From assembly GCA_050012755.1 (NCBI GenBank), contig JBEKGO010000013.1:1-64000 (forward strand): a DNA stretch of 64,000 nucleotides. Reading direction: 5' to 3'. The stretch's first letter is position 1, and each line of letters starts with the position of its first letter. Below, piece after piece: positions 9,834-19,332 of the stretch. The position numbers were made by a program, and so were the translations under genes. Below the pieces are notes generated by a model. It searched no databases, was not told the DNA's origin, and saw nothing but the letters and a program-made list of their open reading frames with translations. Origin of the DNA: Candidatus Bathyarchaeia archaeon (GTDB taxonomy: Archaea; Thermoproteota; Bathyarchaeia; Bathyarchaeales; Bathycorpusculaceae).

Positions 9834-9879
9834 GGATATTCACTTTTACCTAACTCTCCACTATCCGAGAAAGTTGTTT
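9834..9879. repeat. 46-bp direct repeat, copy 1 (flanks pilin gene)
   Basis: GGATATTCACTTTTACCTAACTCTCCACTATCCGAGAAAGTTGTTT; 40/46 identical to 10484-10529. Confidence 0.85.
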
Positions 9880-9903
9880 TTGAATAGGGGCAGTGCGAAA
9901 CAA

Positions 9904-10344
9904 TTAATAAAAGCGCGCGCTGTAAACGATTGTATTGCCTTTTGTGGTCATCAGTTTAATTGTGTACTGGGAACCAGTAGCAAATGGAGAATTGGCGGCA
10001 ATAGTTAGTGTAATTGTTCCTATAGTGCCTTTAGCAATAGTTACTGGGGCAGCGAGATTCCAGTTGGTTCCATCAACAGTTCCTGATTTAATGGTTACTG
10101 AAGCGGCACCAGTATTTTGAACGGTACAGACCGCTGCTCCGCCAGTGTTTGCAAGGGCATTGTTAGTTAATACAACGTTTGTTATTGATGCTTGCTCCGC
10201 GTTTCCCATTAATCCAATGGTCATTCCGCCCATCCATCCGGCAACGACTACGCTAACTGCAACGGTAACGGCAACGAGTATAATTGATGCAACTACGGGG
10301 CTTAGGGCTTTTGCATTTTTCCTAAATTTTCTAGTGTAGTTCAT
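9904..10344 (-). CDS. Archaeal type IV pilin-like protein
   Basis: Class III signal peptide RKNAKA/LSPVVASIILVAVTVAVSVVV followed by a beta-rich domain ending in TTKGN. Confidence 0.9.
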   Translation of the reverse strand: MNYTRKFRKNAKALSPVVASIILVAVTVAVSVVVAGWMGGMTIGLMGNAEQASITNVVLTNNALANTGGAAVCTVQNTGAASVTIKSGTVDGTNWNLAAPVTIAKGTIGTITLTIAANSPFATGSQYTIKLMTTKGNTIVYSARFY

Positions 10345-10483
10345 TTCGTATTCTCCAAACTCTAGATTGGATTATTGAATAAACTTTCATCAATTCCAGC
10401 TTTTAAGTATTATTACTTACGAAACAATATGTTGAATCCTTGTTTAGAAAAGGTACAAATCCAGTAGCAAGTCTTCTCAATAA

Positions 10484-10529
10484 GGATATTCACTTTTAGT
10501 TAAGTGTCCACTATTCGAGAAGGTTGTTT
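10484..10529. repeat. 46-bp direct repeat, copy 2 (flanks pilin gene)
   Basis: GGATATTCACTTTTAGTTAAGTGTCCACTATTCGAGAAGGTTGTTT, 650 bp after copy 1. Confidence 0.85.
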
Positions 10530-10560
10530 CATCTTTCTCCTTATCTATTTGCTATTTTGA

Positions 10561-10749
10561 TTGAAGGTTATGGTTGATTTGTCTAGGTCTTGTGATGCTT
10601 TTGGAAGAATGATTGGAGGAGCATCCAAATGCTGTCCTAGATGCAAGATTTACTTCTGCTTTCTATGCTCTTATGAACTTTTGAATATTCAAGGTAAGCT
10701 ACCTCTAAGATGTCCTATGTGTAACGGAGAGCTAATCTATTCAGAGTAA
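10561..10749 (+). CDS. Small Cys-rich Zn-finger protein
   Basis: CCPRCKIYFCFLC...CPMC motifs. Confidence 0.55.
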   Translation: MKVMVDLSRSCDAFGRMIGGASKCCPRCKIYFCFLCSYELLNIQGKLPLRCPMCNGELIYSE

Positions 10750-11128
10750 GCAAGAATAGTCTTAAATCTACATAGCTTAGAAATAGCCTAACATGACAGC
10801 GAGAAGAGCAGGCGGGTCTAAGGTTGATAGATTGAAAAGGAGAAATCAAATTGAAAATACTTGATAGAGAGAAAAAACCTGAAGCAGAACCAACTGTTAA
10901 AGTTGATTCTGAACATGCCTTTTATCGCCTGATTCCTTTTTCTTGATTTGAATAAGGCGCTTTTCATGAATCAACTTTCGAAGGTTAAAAATGCCCTCCA
11001 TGGGCTGCTGCTGGCTCCCTTTTACTTGCTTGAATAAAGAGAACGTGACAAGAAACTGAAAGAAAGAGTAGCCCGATTAGAGAGAAAAGACGCCGAGCGC
11101 GCTAAAAGAATAAGGGAGGTTGGTTTAA

Positions 11129-11263
11129 GTGAATCCTGAATGTTGCGTCTTGGAATGTGAGCAGCCTGCAACGGTTTTTACGAAGGGTTTAGTCTTGTGC
11201 GTCGGGCACTATCTTGAAGTGGAAAGGGAACATAAGACGTTGAAGTTTAAAACGGAAACCTAG
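11129..11263 (+). CDS. Small Cys/His microprotein (44 aa, absent from the ORF track)
   Basis: GGAGGT SD then GTG; VNPECCVLECEQPATVFTKGLVLCVGHYLEVE... Confidence 0.45.
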   Translation: MNPECCVLECEQPATVFTKGLVLCVGHYLEVEREHKTLKFKTET

Positions 11264-11277
11264 GCAAATCGCTGTTC

Positions 11278-11304
11278 TGCCACAGCTGGGATTTGAACCC
11301 CAGT
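11278..11304 (-). other. Degenerate tRNA 3'-end fragment (att-like remnant)
   Basis: Minus strand reads CTGGGGTTCAAATCCCAGCTGTGGCA; no matching 5' half nearby. Confidence 0.5.
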
Positions 11305-11421
11305 CAGGTGGAGATGTCACCCGAACTCGGATATCACATGACCGCATTCTTCAACTAGTTTACTTCATCAGTTGCTTAAAAGGAATATTACAGTTTTTAG
11401 TTTTCTTCACTAAATGTATAT

Positions 11422-11556
11422 TATATTTCTGTTTACTTTGACAGACAAACAGGAATGCTTATTCAACTGACCCGAATTGAATTTTTCACCAACCCTGAAA
11501 TCCAATTAACAACCACCTGGCAACTTGTTGGCTCAAACGTTTGGGAAGTCCAATAA
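11422..11556 (+). pseudogene. Orphan 3' fragment of a homolog of the gene at 26901-27569
   Basis: YISVYFDRQTGMLIQLTRIEFFTNPEIQLTTTWQLVGSNVWEVQ*; 11477-11550 is 73/74 identical to 27490-27563. Confidence 0.9.
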
Positions 11557-11563
11557 GGTTGCG

Positions 11564-12598
11564 TTAGCTTTTCGAGAGGCTGCAGGCTACTAGATGGTTA
11601 GGAGAAACTTCTATTAGGTTTGGTTCCTTTTCGCTGCAGGCGGGTTGGCAGTATCGGCATCGGGTGTGGAAGCGGCAGCCTGAAGGCACGTTTACCGCGG
11701 AGGCAACTTCGCCGATGAGCTCTGTTTCTTTCCTTTTTCGTTCAGGGTTCGGCACTGGAATGGCAGCCAGCAGCGCCTTTGTGTAGGGGTGAAGCGGGTT
11801 GGAGAATATGGCGTCTTTGTCGCCTAACTCCACGATTTTGCCCAGGTACATGACGGCTATGCGGTCAGAAATGTACTTTGCAATCGCCAAGTCATGCGTG
11901 ATAAACAGGTAAGTCAAACCCATGTCCCTTTGCAGGTCCAGCATCAAGTCTATAATTGAGGTCCGAAGGGAAACATCAATCATTGAAACAGGCTCGTCTG
12001 CCACGATAAATTCGGGCTTCAAAATCAGGGATCGAGCCATGGCTGCGCGTTGCCGTTGACCGCCGCTCATCTGGTGAGGGTGAAGCTTCGCGAACTTACT
12101 TGCAGGGGATAAGCCGACACGCTCCAGAACCTCAAATACTCGTTTTTGCTTTTCTTGACCTTTGGCTAACCCGTGGATTTGCAGGGGGTGACCTACTGTG
12201 TCGCCGATTTTCATTCTTGGGTTGAACGAAGCGTATGGGTCTTGGAAAATCATCTGCATCTTTCGCCGTAGGGTACGCAACTCTTCGCCCTTCAAGGCAG
12301 TTATGTCGGTGTTGTCGAAGAAAATGTGCCCTGAGGTGAGCTGAGTCAAACGCAGAACCAGTTTGCCCGTTGTGGTTTTGCCGCATCCGCTTTCTCCGGC
12401 TAACGTGAATATTTCTCCTCGGCGAACGGTGAAGCTGATGTTGTCTACGGCTTTAACAAAGTGCCTGTTTCGGGAGAACATCTTCTCGAGAAAACTCTTT
12501 TCCACAGGGTAATACTTCAGCAGGTTTTCAACCCGCAGAATTTCGTCGCCTGCTCTGCTCATGTCTGGCAGCCTCCTTCCGCGGTGCATAGGAAGCAA
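11564..12598 (-). CDS. Oligopeptide/dipeptide ABC ATPase (OppF/DppF type)
   Basis: GESGCGKTT, MSGGQRQR, VADEPVS, HPYTKALL, GCRFHTRC; true start is probably the ATG at 12562. Confidence 0.92.
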   Translation of the reverse strand: MLPMHRGRRLPDMSRAGDEILRVENLLKYYPVEKSFLEKMFSRNRHFVKAVDNISFTVRRGEIFTLAGESGCGKTTTGKLVLRLTQLTSGHIFFDNTDITALKGEELRTLRRKMQMIFQDPYASFNPRMKIGDTVGHPLQIHGLAKGQEKQKRVFEVLERVGLSPASKFAKLHPHQMSGGQRQRAAMARSLILKPEFIVADEPVSMIDVSLRTSIIDLMLDLQRDMGLTYLFITHDLAIAKYISDRIAVMYLGKIVELGDKDAIFSNPLHPYTKALLAAIPVPNPERKRKETELIGEVASAVNVPSGCRFHTRCRYCQPACSEKEPNLIEVSPNHLVACSLSKS

Positions 12599-13542
12599 CG
12601 GACGAAATGCGTGTCAGAGGTCTTCACAAGCGGCGGCTCCTCGCTTCGGCATCGGTCAAAAGCGAAGCTGCATCGGGGCCAAAACCTGCATCCTCCAGGC
12701 ATATCCAGCAGGTCAGGCGGGGAGCCAGCTATTGCTTCCAGCTTTTGGTCGGCGAGCTCGATGTTTGGGATGCTTCTCAGCATACCCTTCGTGTACGGGT
12801 GCTGTGGCTGCTCGTAGAGTGTTTTGCTTTCAGCGTATTCGACAACCTGCGCCGCATACATTACCAGGATTCGGTCGCTTCTCTCCATCACTATGCTGAG
12901 GTCATGGGTTATTAGCAGAAGAGCCATACCGTAGGTGTCCCGCAGCTTATTGAGCAAGTCGAGGATTTTTGCTTGCACAATCACGTCAAGGGCGGTTGTT
13001 GGTTCATCCGCCACAACGATGCTCGGATTCAACGTTATTGCCAAAGCAATCATTACCCGCTGCCTCATTCCTCCGCTGAGCTGATGAGGATAGTCATTGA
13101 TTCGATCAGCCTGAATGCCGACGTCTTTGAGGAGCTTTGCCGCGCGTTCTAAAGCTTCCTTCTTGGTTACTTTGGGTTCATGCGTGATAATCATTTCCGT
13201 GAAGTGGTCGCCGATCTTCTTCACTGGGTTCAGCGAAGTCATTGGGTCCTGAAAAACGTAGCAAATCCCCTTTCCCCGCAGGTTACGCAGCGCCTCTTTC
13301 TTGAGCGTAAGGACATCTTTGCCGTTAAGCGAAACGTTTCCTTTGACGATTCTTCCAGGGTAGGGAACTAAATCGATAAGTGACAAGCCAAGGGTTGATT
13401 TTCCAGATCCTGATTCGCCGACGACGCCGAGAACTTCTGATTTGCCTAGCTGGAAAGACACGTTGTCAACTGCCCTGGTTTTGCCTTTGTTGGTCCAGTA
13501 CTCGACAGTTAAGTCGTCGACCTTGAGTAGGGGTTCCGACGT
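12559..13542 (-). CDS. Oligopeptide/dipeptide ABC ATPase (OppD/DppD type), apparent ACG start
   Basis: GESGSGKS, LSGGMRQRV, ADEPTTALDV; the conserved N-terminus SEPLLKVDDLTVEY...AVDNVSF extends upstream of the ORF-track start to ACG at 13542. Confidence 0.9.
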   Translation of the reverse strand, partial: TSEPLLKVDDLTVEYWTNKGKTRAVDNVSFQLGKSEVLGVVGESGSGKSTLGLSLIDLVPYPGRIVKGNVSLNGKDVLTLKKEALRNLRGKGICYVFQDPMTSLNPVKKIGDHFTEMIITHEPKVTKKEALERAAKLLKDVGIQADRINDYPHQLSGGMRQRVMIALAITLNPSIVVADEPTTALDVIVQAKILDLLNKLRDTYGMALLLITHDLSIVMERSDRILVMYAAQVVEYAESKTLYEQPQHPYTKGMLRSIPNIELADQKLEAIAGSPPDLLDMPGGCRFWPRCSFAFDRCRSEEPPLVKTSDTHFVRCFLCTAEGGCQT

Positions 13543-14414
13543 TACTTTTCCCCTCCTTGCTCAAGCCGTGGGTTAAACAGTTCGCTTAAGCCTTCACCCA
13601 TCAATGTGAAGCCCAACGCCAAAAGGATAATCATTATTCCTGGGAAAGTGATGACCCACCATGACCCGCTTGGCAGCAATGCCCGTCCGTTGGTCAGGTC
13701 CCAACCCCAGTCAGGCACATTTACGGGTACGCCGAGGCCTATGAAGGTTAAACCCGCCGCGGTAAGGATGGCATCCGCAAAGTTCACCGTCGCCACCACC
13801 ACAACCGAGGGCAACACGTTTGGGAAAATGTATCGCCTAAGAATCGTGCCTTTCTTCGCTCCGATGGAGGTCGCAGCTTCGACGTACGGCAACTCCTTGA
13901 CGCTGAGCACCTGACTCCTGACCATACGGAAGTACGAGGGAATATAGACCACAGCGATAGATAGCGCCATGTTCACTACGCCTCTGCCCAAAACCAGCGA
14001 AAAGGCGATTGCCAGTATGATTCCGGGAAAAGCGTAGATGCTGTCCATTATGAGGCTAATGAACTTGTCAACGACGCCGCCGGTGTGCGACGAAAAAAGC
14101 CCAAGTGGCACACCCACGGAGAAGCACACCGCGACTGAGACAAGGGCGACCTCAAGCATGACGCCTCCTCCCGCGATTACTCGGCTTAACATGTCCCTGC
14201 CCAAGTCGTCGGTTCCCAGCGGAAACTTCGCGCTTGGCGGAGTGAAGGGTTTTCCAACGTTTAGTTGGCTTGGATTGTGGGGAACGATTAGGGGCGAAAT
14301 AATCGTCATCATGATGATGGCGAGGGTAAGAATTAAGCCGAAGATTACGAGTTTTCCAGCCATGCCGCGTCTTCTTGCGAGCGACGAAAATCCCGGGATA
14401 ATGGTTGCAAACAT
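13542..14414 (-). CDS. Peptide ABC permease (OppC/DppC type)
   Basis: PLGTDDLGRDMLSRV, EAA loop YVEAATSIGA, PDWG, WWVITFPG. Confidence 0.92.
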   Translation of the reverse strand: MFATIIPGFSSLARRRGMAGKLVIFGLILTLAIIMMTIISPLIVPHNPSQLNVGKPFTPPSAKFPLGTDDLGRDMLSRVIAGGGVMLEVALVSVAVCFSVGVPLGLFSSHTGGVVDKFISLIMDSIYAFPGIILAIAFSLVLGRGVVNMALSIAVVYIPSYFRMVRSQVLSVKELPYVEAATSIGAKKGTILRRYIFPNVLPSVVVVATVNFADAILTAAGLTFIGLGVPVNVPDWGWDLTNGRALLPSGSWWVITFPGIMIILLALGFTLMGEGLSELFNPRLEQGGEK

Positions 14415-14470
14415 TGATGGCGCTTTTCTCTCATGCTTTTCTTGGGTTTAGGCTCAGTCATCATATGCCC

Positions 14471-15502
14471 CTACAGTCGTATCCTCGGGTCCAAGTAAGC
14501 GTAAAGCAGATCGACTGCCAGGCTTACCAAAGAAACGAAAATTCCGAAAACTACAACCGTACCCTGAATGGCCGTGTAGTCGCGGAAGTTGATCCGGCTA
14601 ACAAGGTACGTGCCTAAGCCCGGCCAAGAAAACGTGGTTTCAGTCAGGATGGCGCCGCCCAGCAGCAGCGCGAACTGCAGCCCAGTCATGGTCAGCACAG
14701 GCAAAAACGCGTTCCTCAGAGCGTAACCGTAAGTCACAGTTTCGTCTTTGAGTCCACGTGCTTTAGCTGCAGTCACAAAGTCAAGCCGCATCGTTTCAAA
14801 CATGTTGGTTCTCGTTAGACGAACGAATATTCCGCTTAGAACCAAACCCAAAGTCAAAGAAGGCAGAAGGAGGTACTCAACGGACAAAGCGAACTCGCTG
14901 ATGTTTCCCGCGAGCAAACTGTCAACCGTATACAACCCAGTTTGAATATGCACGCTGCCAAGGGTCAATCCCGTCGGCTCCATTCCAGGCGCAATTCTTC
15001 CTCCCGTTGGAAGCCAATGCAGCCACACGCCGAATACCATTTGGAAAATCATTCCGAGGAAGAAAACGGGGATGGCGTAGGTGACTATGCTGAAGAGTCT
15101 TATCGCGTGGTCTTTGGGTTTGTTGTAGGATTTTGACGCTTGTACGCCCAGAAAGATTCCGACAAGAACCGCCACGAGCATCGCGCATATTGCTAACTCA
15201 AGCGTCGCTGGGAACGCTGAGAAAATCTCTTGCGCCACTGGCGAGTTGTCCTGCATGGATTTTCCGAGGTTGCCTTGAAAGAGCCCTACGATGTAGTCCA
15301 CGTACTGCATGTAAATTGGCTTGTTCATGCCTAGTTGCACACGCATTTGTTCGACGGTGGCGGGCGATGCCATCTTGTCGAAGTGCATCGCAACTGGGTC
15401 TCCGGGCAGCACTCTCATGATGACGAAGACTGCTGTGAGGAGGATGAATATCATCGGTATAGTTAACAGAATCCGAGCTACGACGTATGTTCTCAGAGTC
15501 AT
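14471..15502 (-). CDS. Peptide ABC permease (OppB/DppB type)
   Basis: LPGDP, FPATLELA, DFVTAAKARGL, TETTFSWPGLG, YAYLDPRIR. Confidence 0.93.
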   Translation of the reverse strand: MTLRTYVVARILLTIPMIFILLTAVFVIMRVLPGDPVAMHFDKMASPATVEQMRVQLGMNKPIYMQYVDYIVGLFQGNLGKSMQDNSPVAQEIFSAFPATLELAICAMLVAVLVGIFLGVQASKSYNKPKDHAIRLFSIVTYAIPVFFLGMIFQMVFGVWLHWLPTGGRIAPGMEPTGLTLGSVHIQTGLYTVDSLLAGNISEFALSVEYLLLPSLTLGLVLSGIFVRLTRTNMFETMRLDFVTAAKARGLKDETVTYGYALRNAFLPVLTMTGLQFALLLGGAILTETTFSWPGLGTYLVSRINFRDYTAIQGTVVVFGIFVSLVSLAVDLLYAYLDPRIRL

Positions 15503-15588
15503 CTAATTCACACTTTTTTGATTCTTATTTAAAAAAAGAAAAAAGATGGGTTGAAAGATTGGATGTTCAAATCTTTCTTTGTCCCCTA

Positions 15589-17247
15589 TCACTTTGTTTC
15601 GTAAAGCAGCCAGTTGCGCCATTGCTGTGTAATGTCTAAGTAGACTCCGTGTACGTTGGGCGACGTCACTGCATATGCGCTACTCTGATAGAGTGGGATC
15701 AGCGGGCAATCTGCGACTATTTGGTTGTTGATCTCGCCATAGAGGTGCTGTCGGGTTGCTGTGTCCGTGGTTGCTCTTGCCTGCGTAACTAGGGTGTCCA
15801 TGGTTGGGCTGTTGTAGTTTATGTGCAGCCATGATCCACCGCTGGAGTCAACGAACGGGTAGATGTAATCATCTGGGTCTATGTAGTCTGGGTACCAACC
15901 CATAATGTAGGCTTGCATTGAATTGGCAGAGCGAGCCTGTTTATACGATGCCCAATCGAGTGGTGATAGAGTAACGCTTATAACGCCGCTCTTCTGGAGC
16001 GAATCCTGAAGAACAAGGGCTTGCTGAGCACTTGATGGGTAGTGTCCTGACGACTCATACCAAAGGGTGAAGGACAGTTTGTGGTTTGCGTTGTAGCCTA
16101 AAGGTGCTAGAAGCTGCTGTGTCAGAGTGTAGTTTGGAGCGCCGAATGACTGGAAGGCGTCGTCATGTCCAAACATGCCTGCGGGTATCATGCTGTAGAG
16201 TGCTTGAGCCTGTCCTTGGAACACCGTGTCCACGAGGTCTGTTCTGTTGATGGCTGCAGCTACGGCTTGTCTGACAGCTACGTTGTTGAAGGGCGCGTAA
16301 TTCTCTTGCATGCATAGGTACTGGATGAACGCTCCCGTGCCAGTCCATACCTTCAAGTTGCTGTCTGACTGCATGTTCGTGATATCTGTGGATGCAAGTT
16401 GCCTGAATGCAATGTCAACGTCGCCTGACTTTATTGCTAGTGCAAGAGATGATTCATCCGCGTACATCTTGATAATTATGTTCTTCGTCGCGGGCAAGCT
16501 GGAGTTCCAGTAGTTCGGGTTGGCTGTCAGGTCAATTTCGGTGTCTTTTCCAGCTGTTCTATCCCAAGCTGAGAGTTCGTAGGGTCCGAGTCCCATTGGG
16601 TTGCTTGCTCTTGGGTCGCTTGCTTTGTATTGGACGACATCGTTAACGCTCCAAGTCGTGTTCGACATCTTAGCGTACTCTGGGTCGACGATGCACGACG
16701 CTTGACAGGCCATCAGCGAGAGGAAAGCAGCGAAGGGAATCTTCAGGTTGAATTCAACCACGTAGGTGGAGACGACACTTACGTTGTCGATGATGTCACC
16801 GTATCCTATGCCTACGTATGGGCCGTCCGGGTCGTTTATCTGGATGTTTCTGTCGAAGCTGTATTTCACCGAGTCCGCAGTAAATTCGGAACCATTGTCA
16901 AAGTGTACTCCTTGTCTCAGGTTAAACGTCCAATGTAACCCATCGGACGACACAGACCAAGAGGTTGCAAGGTCTGCAACTATGGTGTCTGATCCCGGTG
17001 CATATTGAACGAGCGGTGATCCAAAAGATTCAATCATTTCCCAGCCGAAGAAGTCGTATGCATCCGCCGGGTCAATTGTTGTTTCAACTGAGTCGGTGGT
17101 GCCTATGATAAGTGTGTCTTTTTTAGCTGCGGAGGGGTGAATGCTGTTGTAGAATAAACCTGCGCCTACGCCTGCGATGAGCAAAACTGCAATGATTATA
17201 ACGACAACGACGAGCCTGCTAACTGCTTTAACATCTTTTATTTTCAA
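15589..17247 (-). CDS. Family 5 peptide ABC substrate-binding protein
   Basis: IDPADAYD, WTFNLRQGVHFDNG, VRQAVAAAINR, GWYPDYIDPDDY; likely TTG start at 17247 after a GGTGA SD, with pilin-like leader KDVKA/VSRLVVVVIII. Confidence 0.9.
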   Translation of the reverse strand: MKIKDVKAVSRLVVVVIIIAVLLIAGVGAGLFYNSIHPSAAKKDTLIIGTTDSVETTIDPADAYDFFGWEMIESFGSPLVQYAPGSDTIVADLATSWSVSSDGLHWTFNLRQGVHFDNGSEFTADSVKYSFDRNIQINDPDGPYVGIGYGDIIDNVSVVSTYVVEFNLKIPFAAFLSLMACQASCIVDPEYAKMSNTTWSVNDVVQYKASDPRASNPMGLGPYELSAWDRTAGKDTEIDLTANPNYWNSSLPATKNIIIKMYADESSLALAIKSGDVDIAFRQLASTDITNMQSDSNLKVWTGTGAFIQYLCMQENYAPFNNVAVRQAVAAAINRTDLVDTVFQGQAQALYSMIPAGMFGHDDAFQSFGAPNYTLTQQLLAPLGYNANHKLSFTLWYESSGHYPSSAQQALVLQDSLQKSGVISVTLSPLDWASYKQARSANSMQAYIMGWYPDYIDPDDYIYPFVDSSGGSWLHINYNSPTMDTLVTQARATTDTATRQHLYGEINNQIVADCPLIPLYQSSAYAVTSPNVHGVYLDITQQWRNWLLYETK

Positions 17248-17792
17248 TTTTTCACCGTGCCTTACTGTTTTGACCCGATTTAAATATAAGACTTTGCTTT
17301 CACATGAAACAACCATGGGAAAAAACGTTTTGTTTGATCTGTTATGATGTATGAACATGAGACAAACGTTTACTTGACCTCTTGCTTTCCAGAGATGATT
17401 GTAGTAGGCTGCAGACTTAACGAGTACCCGCAAAAAAACCCTTGAGAAGCGAAAAATAGCAAAAGTAAAATAGCAAAACTGTAAGATACTAAGATAGTCG
17501 CACTAGTTGCACTGGTTTTATCCGGGTGGAACGTTTTTCACATAAGCCCCAGTCACTGCATAATTTTTCAAACGTTAAGCAAATAGTTTCGTGGGCTTCA
17601 TAATATATTTGCATCTTGCCAACAGCTCTTTATTAATCAAGTATTGTGTATCATTATATAAGATGCTTGTTGCAGTGCAAGCAATATTACGATTTTTGGA
17701 ATAATACTAAACTAAAACATAAAAAAAGGAAAGGGAAGAGCTTTAGTTTTCCATCCAACAACAAGTTACCAGAACCCTAAAAAACGAAGTTT

Positions 17793-18203
17793 TTAACTTT
17801 CAGGAAGCGGTTCCTTGGTGGAGTTGCTTGGTAGTTGTTCACTGATTGCCAAAGCTCCGCCAACCACTCCGAGAATCAAACCTGCCAAATAGCCTCCACC
17901 GCTCATAATCGATAACGCAGAAAAAGCTATCACGGTTATTCCCCCGTCTCTTGTTCTTCCATTCCTCATAAGAAGTGCACCAAAAAGAACAATTATTCCC
18001 AAAAGTACGGTAACGATGCTTATTATTCTGAAGCCGCTTCCGTGAACCATTGACCTGCGAAATTCGCCGATTCCCAATTCAAGACCCCACTGGTTACGTA
18101 TGAACCTCAAAGTTCCCTGCGAAACTATTAATATACCAGAGACTATGGACAAAATGAAAGCTACGTTTACAGGTTTACCCTTACCTTGTGTTTGCATGTT
18201 CAT
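17793..18203 (-). CDS. Small membrane protein (3-4 TM)
   Basis: Hydrophobic helices, including GGGYLAGLILGVVGGALA. Confidence 0.7.
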   Translation of the reverse strand: MNMQTQGKGKPVNVAFILSIVSGILIVSQGTLRFIRNQWGLELGIGEFRRSMVHGSGFRIISIVTVLLGIIVLFGALLMRNGRTRDGGITVIAFSALSIMSGGGYLAGLILGVVGGALAISEQLPSNSTKEPLPES

Positions 18204-18277
18204 GCCCCCGAGATAGGTAACTCTGAATGACTTAATAATTGTTTCAACACTAAAAGGTTTAAAAAAGTAAAGGATAG

Positions 18278-18472
18278 TTAATAGCTACCCAATAGTTCTT
18301 CATAGATAGGTTTCAATGAGAACTTATCAGCTAGGCATTGATTAGGAATTAAAGTGTCAGCGTCTAGATCTCCTCTTACTGTTTGCAGCGTCGAAGTTTC
18401 TATGTAGTCTTTAGGCGTTCCATTACCATACTTTTCAGCGAAACGTAGCAGTTCCATTATTTGTTTTGGCAC
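18278..18472 (-). CDS. Small hypothetical protein, possibly 5'-damaged
   Basis: Frame extends upstream as IEYEQVTIQVPKQIMELLRFAEK, a strand-helix pattern. Confidence 0.45.
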   Translation of the reverse strand: MPKQIMELLRFAEKYGNGTPKDYIETSTLQTVRGDLDADTLIPNQCLADKFSLKPIYEELLGSY

Positions 18473-18800
18473 TTGAATAGTTACTTGTTCATACTCAATT
18501 TTTGTTTTTTCTTCGTTTTTTGCATAATTTTTTCACCTCATAAATCGTAATAAAAAGAAAAAACAATTCTTTTGGAAACCTTAGCTTTTCTTTAGAAAAC
18601 TTGGATAGAAGCTGACTTAGTGCAAACTTCACATTCAAATCTTAGACATCTTATTTTCATCTTAATTGCTCCTTTGGGTTTTGGACACCAGGCTGGTCAA
18701 CTTTGGAGATAAAGACCATTAAGAACTAATTTTGGAGCGTCCTCAAATAATAGAAGGAATTAAAAGCCTTATGAAACAATAAAGCCCTAAGTGTTTAGCT

Positions 18801-19088
18801 ATGTTTAGTGGAGAGAAGAAAACAACCTTCTGGATAGGTTTAGTAGCTCTAGGCTACTCAATTTCCCAGTTCTTCCAAGCATTTTGGCTAACTATTTACC
18901 TTTCGGGTATTTACCCAAACGAGAATTACGAGACTTCTTTCAATCTAACTCTGTTTAGATTAGCGTTAGAAGAGTACTTGCCAAATATTGTTGCTGGAAT
19001 AATCTTCTTGGTTATAGGATTGTACCTAATGAAAGTGGGCGTAAAAAAGCAGCCAATATCCAACCCTGAAGTAAATCAAACACCTTAA
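18801..19088 (+). CDS. Small 2-TM membrane protein
   Basis: Two hydrophobic segments; ATG start. Confidence 0.65.
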   Translation: MFSGEKKTTFWIGLVALGYSISQFFQAFWLTIYLSGIYPNENYETSFNLTLFRLALEEYLPNIVAGIIFLVIGLYLMKVGVKKQPISNPEVNQTP

Positions 19089-19332
19089 AACAATGCTCTA
19101 AACGCAATATGCTTTATGTGTGCTAAGCGTCTCAGACAGGTTCCTTAAAGGTACTTTATGAACAAAGCGTTAAACCTTTTTCTGTAATGTGTCTATTCAG
19201 CCAGCCGCAGGTTTCTCAAAACATTTCTTACTAACAACCAGTTTTGAAAGTATTTCCAGACAACTGTTTAGAAGCAATTGACAAAGGGTTATTAATATTG
19301 TACGCACACTTAGGAAACTTGGGGGTAACCTG

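Noticed and set aside
9558-9843. ORFs 9558-9824 and 9577-9843
   Set aside because: They overlap tRNA-Cys and have no recognisable motifs.
9834-9879. Integron attC site (ACCTAAC...GTT)
   Set aside because: Too short, the core is not conserved in copy 2, and there is no convincing hairpin or integron integrase.
11278-11350. Functional tRNA on the minus strand
   Set aside because: Only a T-arm and 3' acceptor-like sequence; there is no complementary 5' strand or D-arm, and the T-stem is mismatched.
11422-11556. Template/variable repeat pair of a diversity-generating retroelement with 27435-27569
   Set aside because: Differences are not adenine-specific (many synonymous C/T changes) and no reverse transcriptase is present.
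11556-11564. AGGTTGCGT matching the leader 3' end at the ABC operon boundary
   Set aside because: Only a 9-nt match, with no rest of the leader and no array; compatible with chance.
17247-17433. Long N-terminal extensions in the ORF track (peptide-binding protein, rfbC, rfbD, FAH, rps19e)
   Set aside because: Downstream starts with SD motifs or gene overlaps match family N-termini better.
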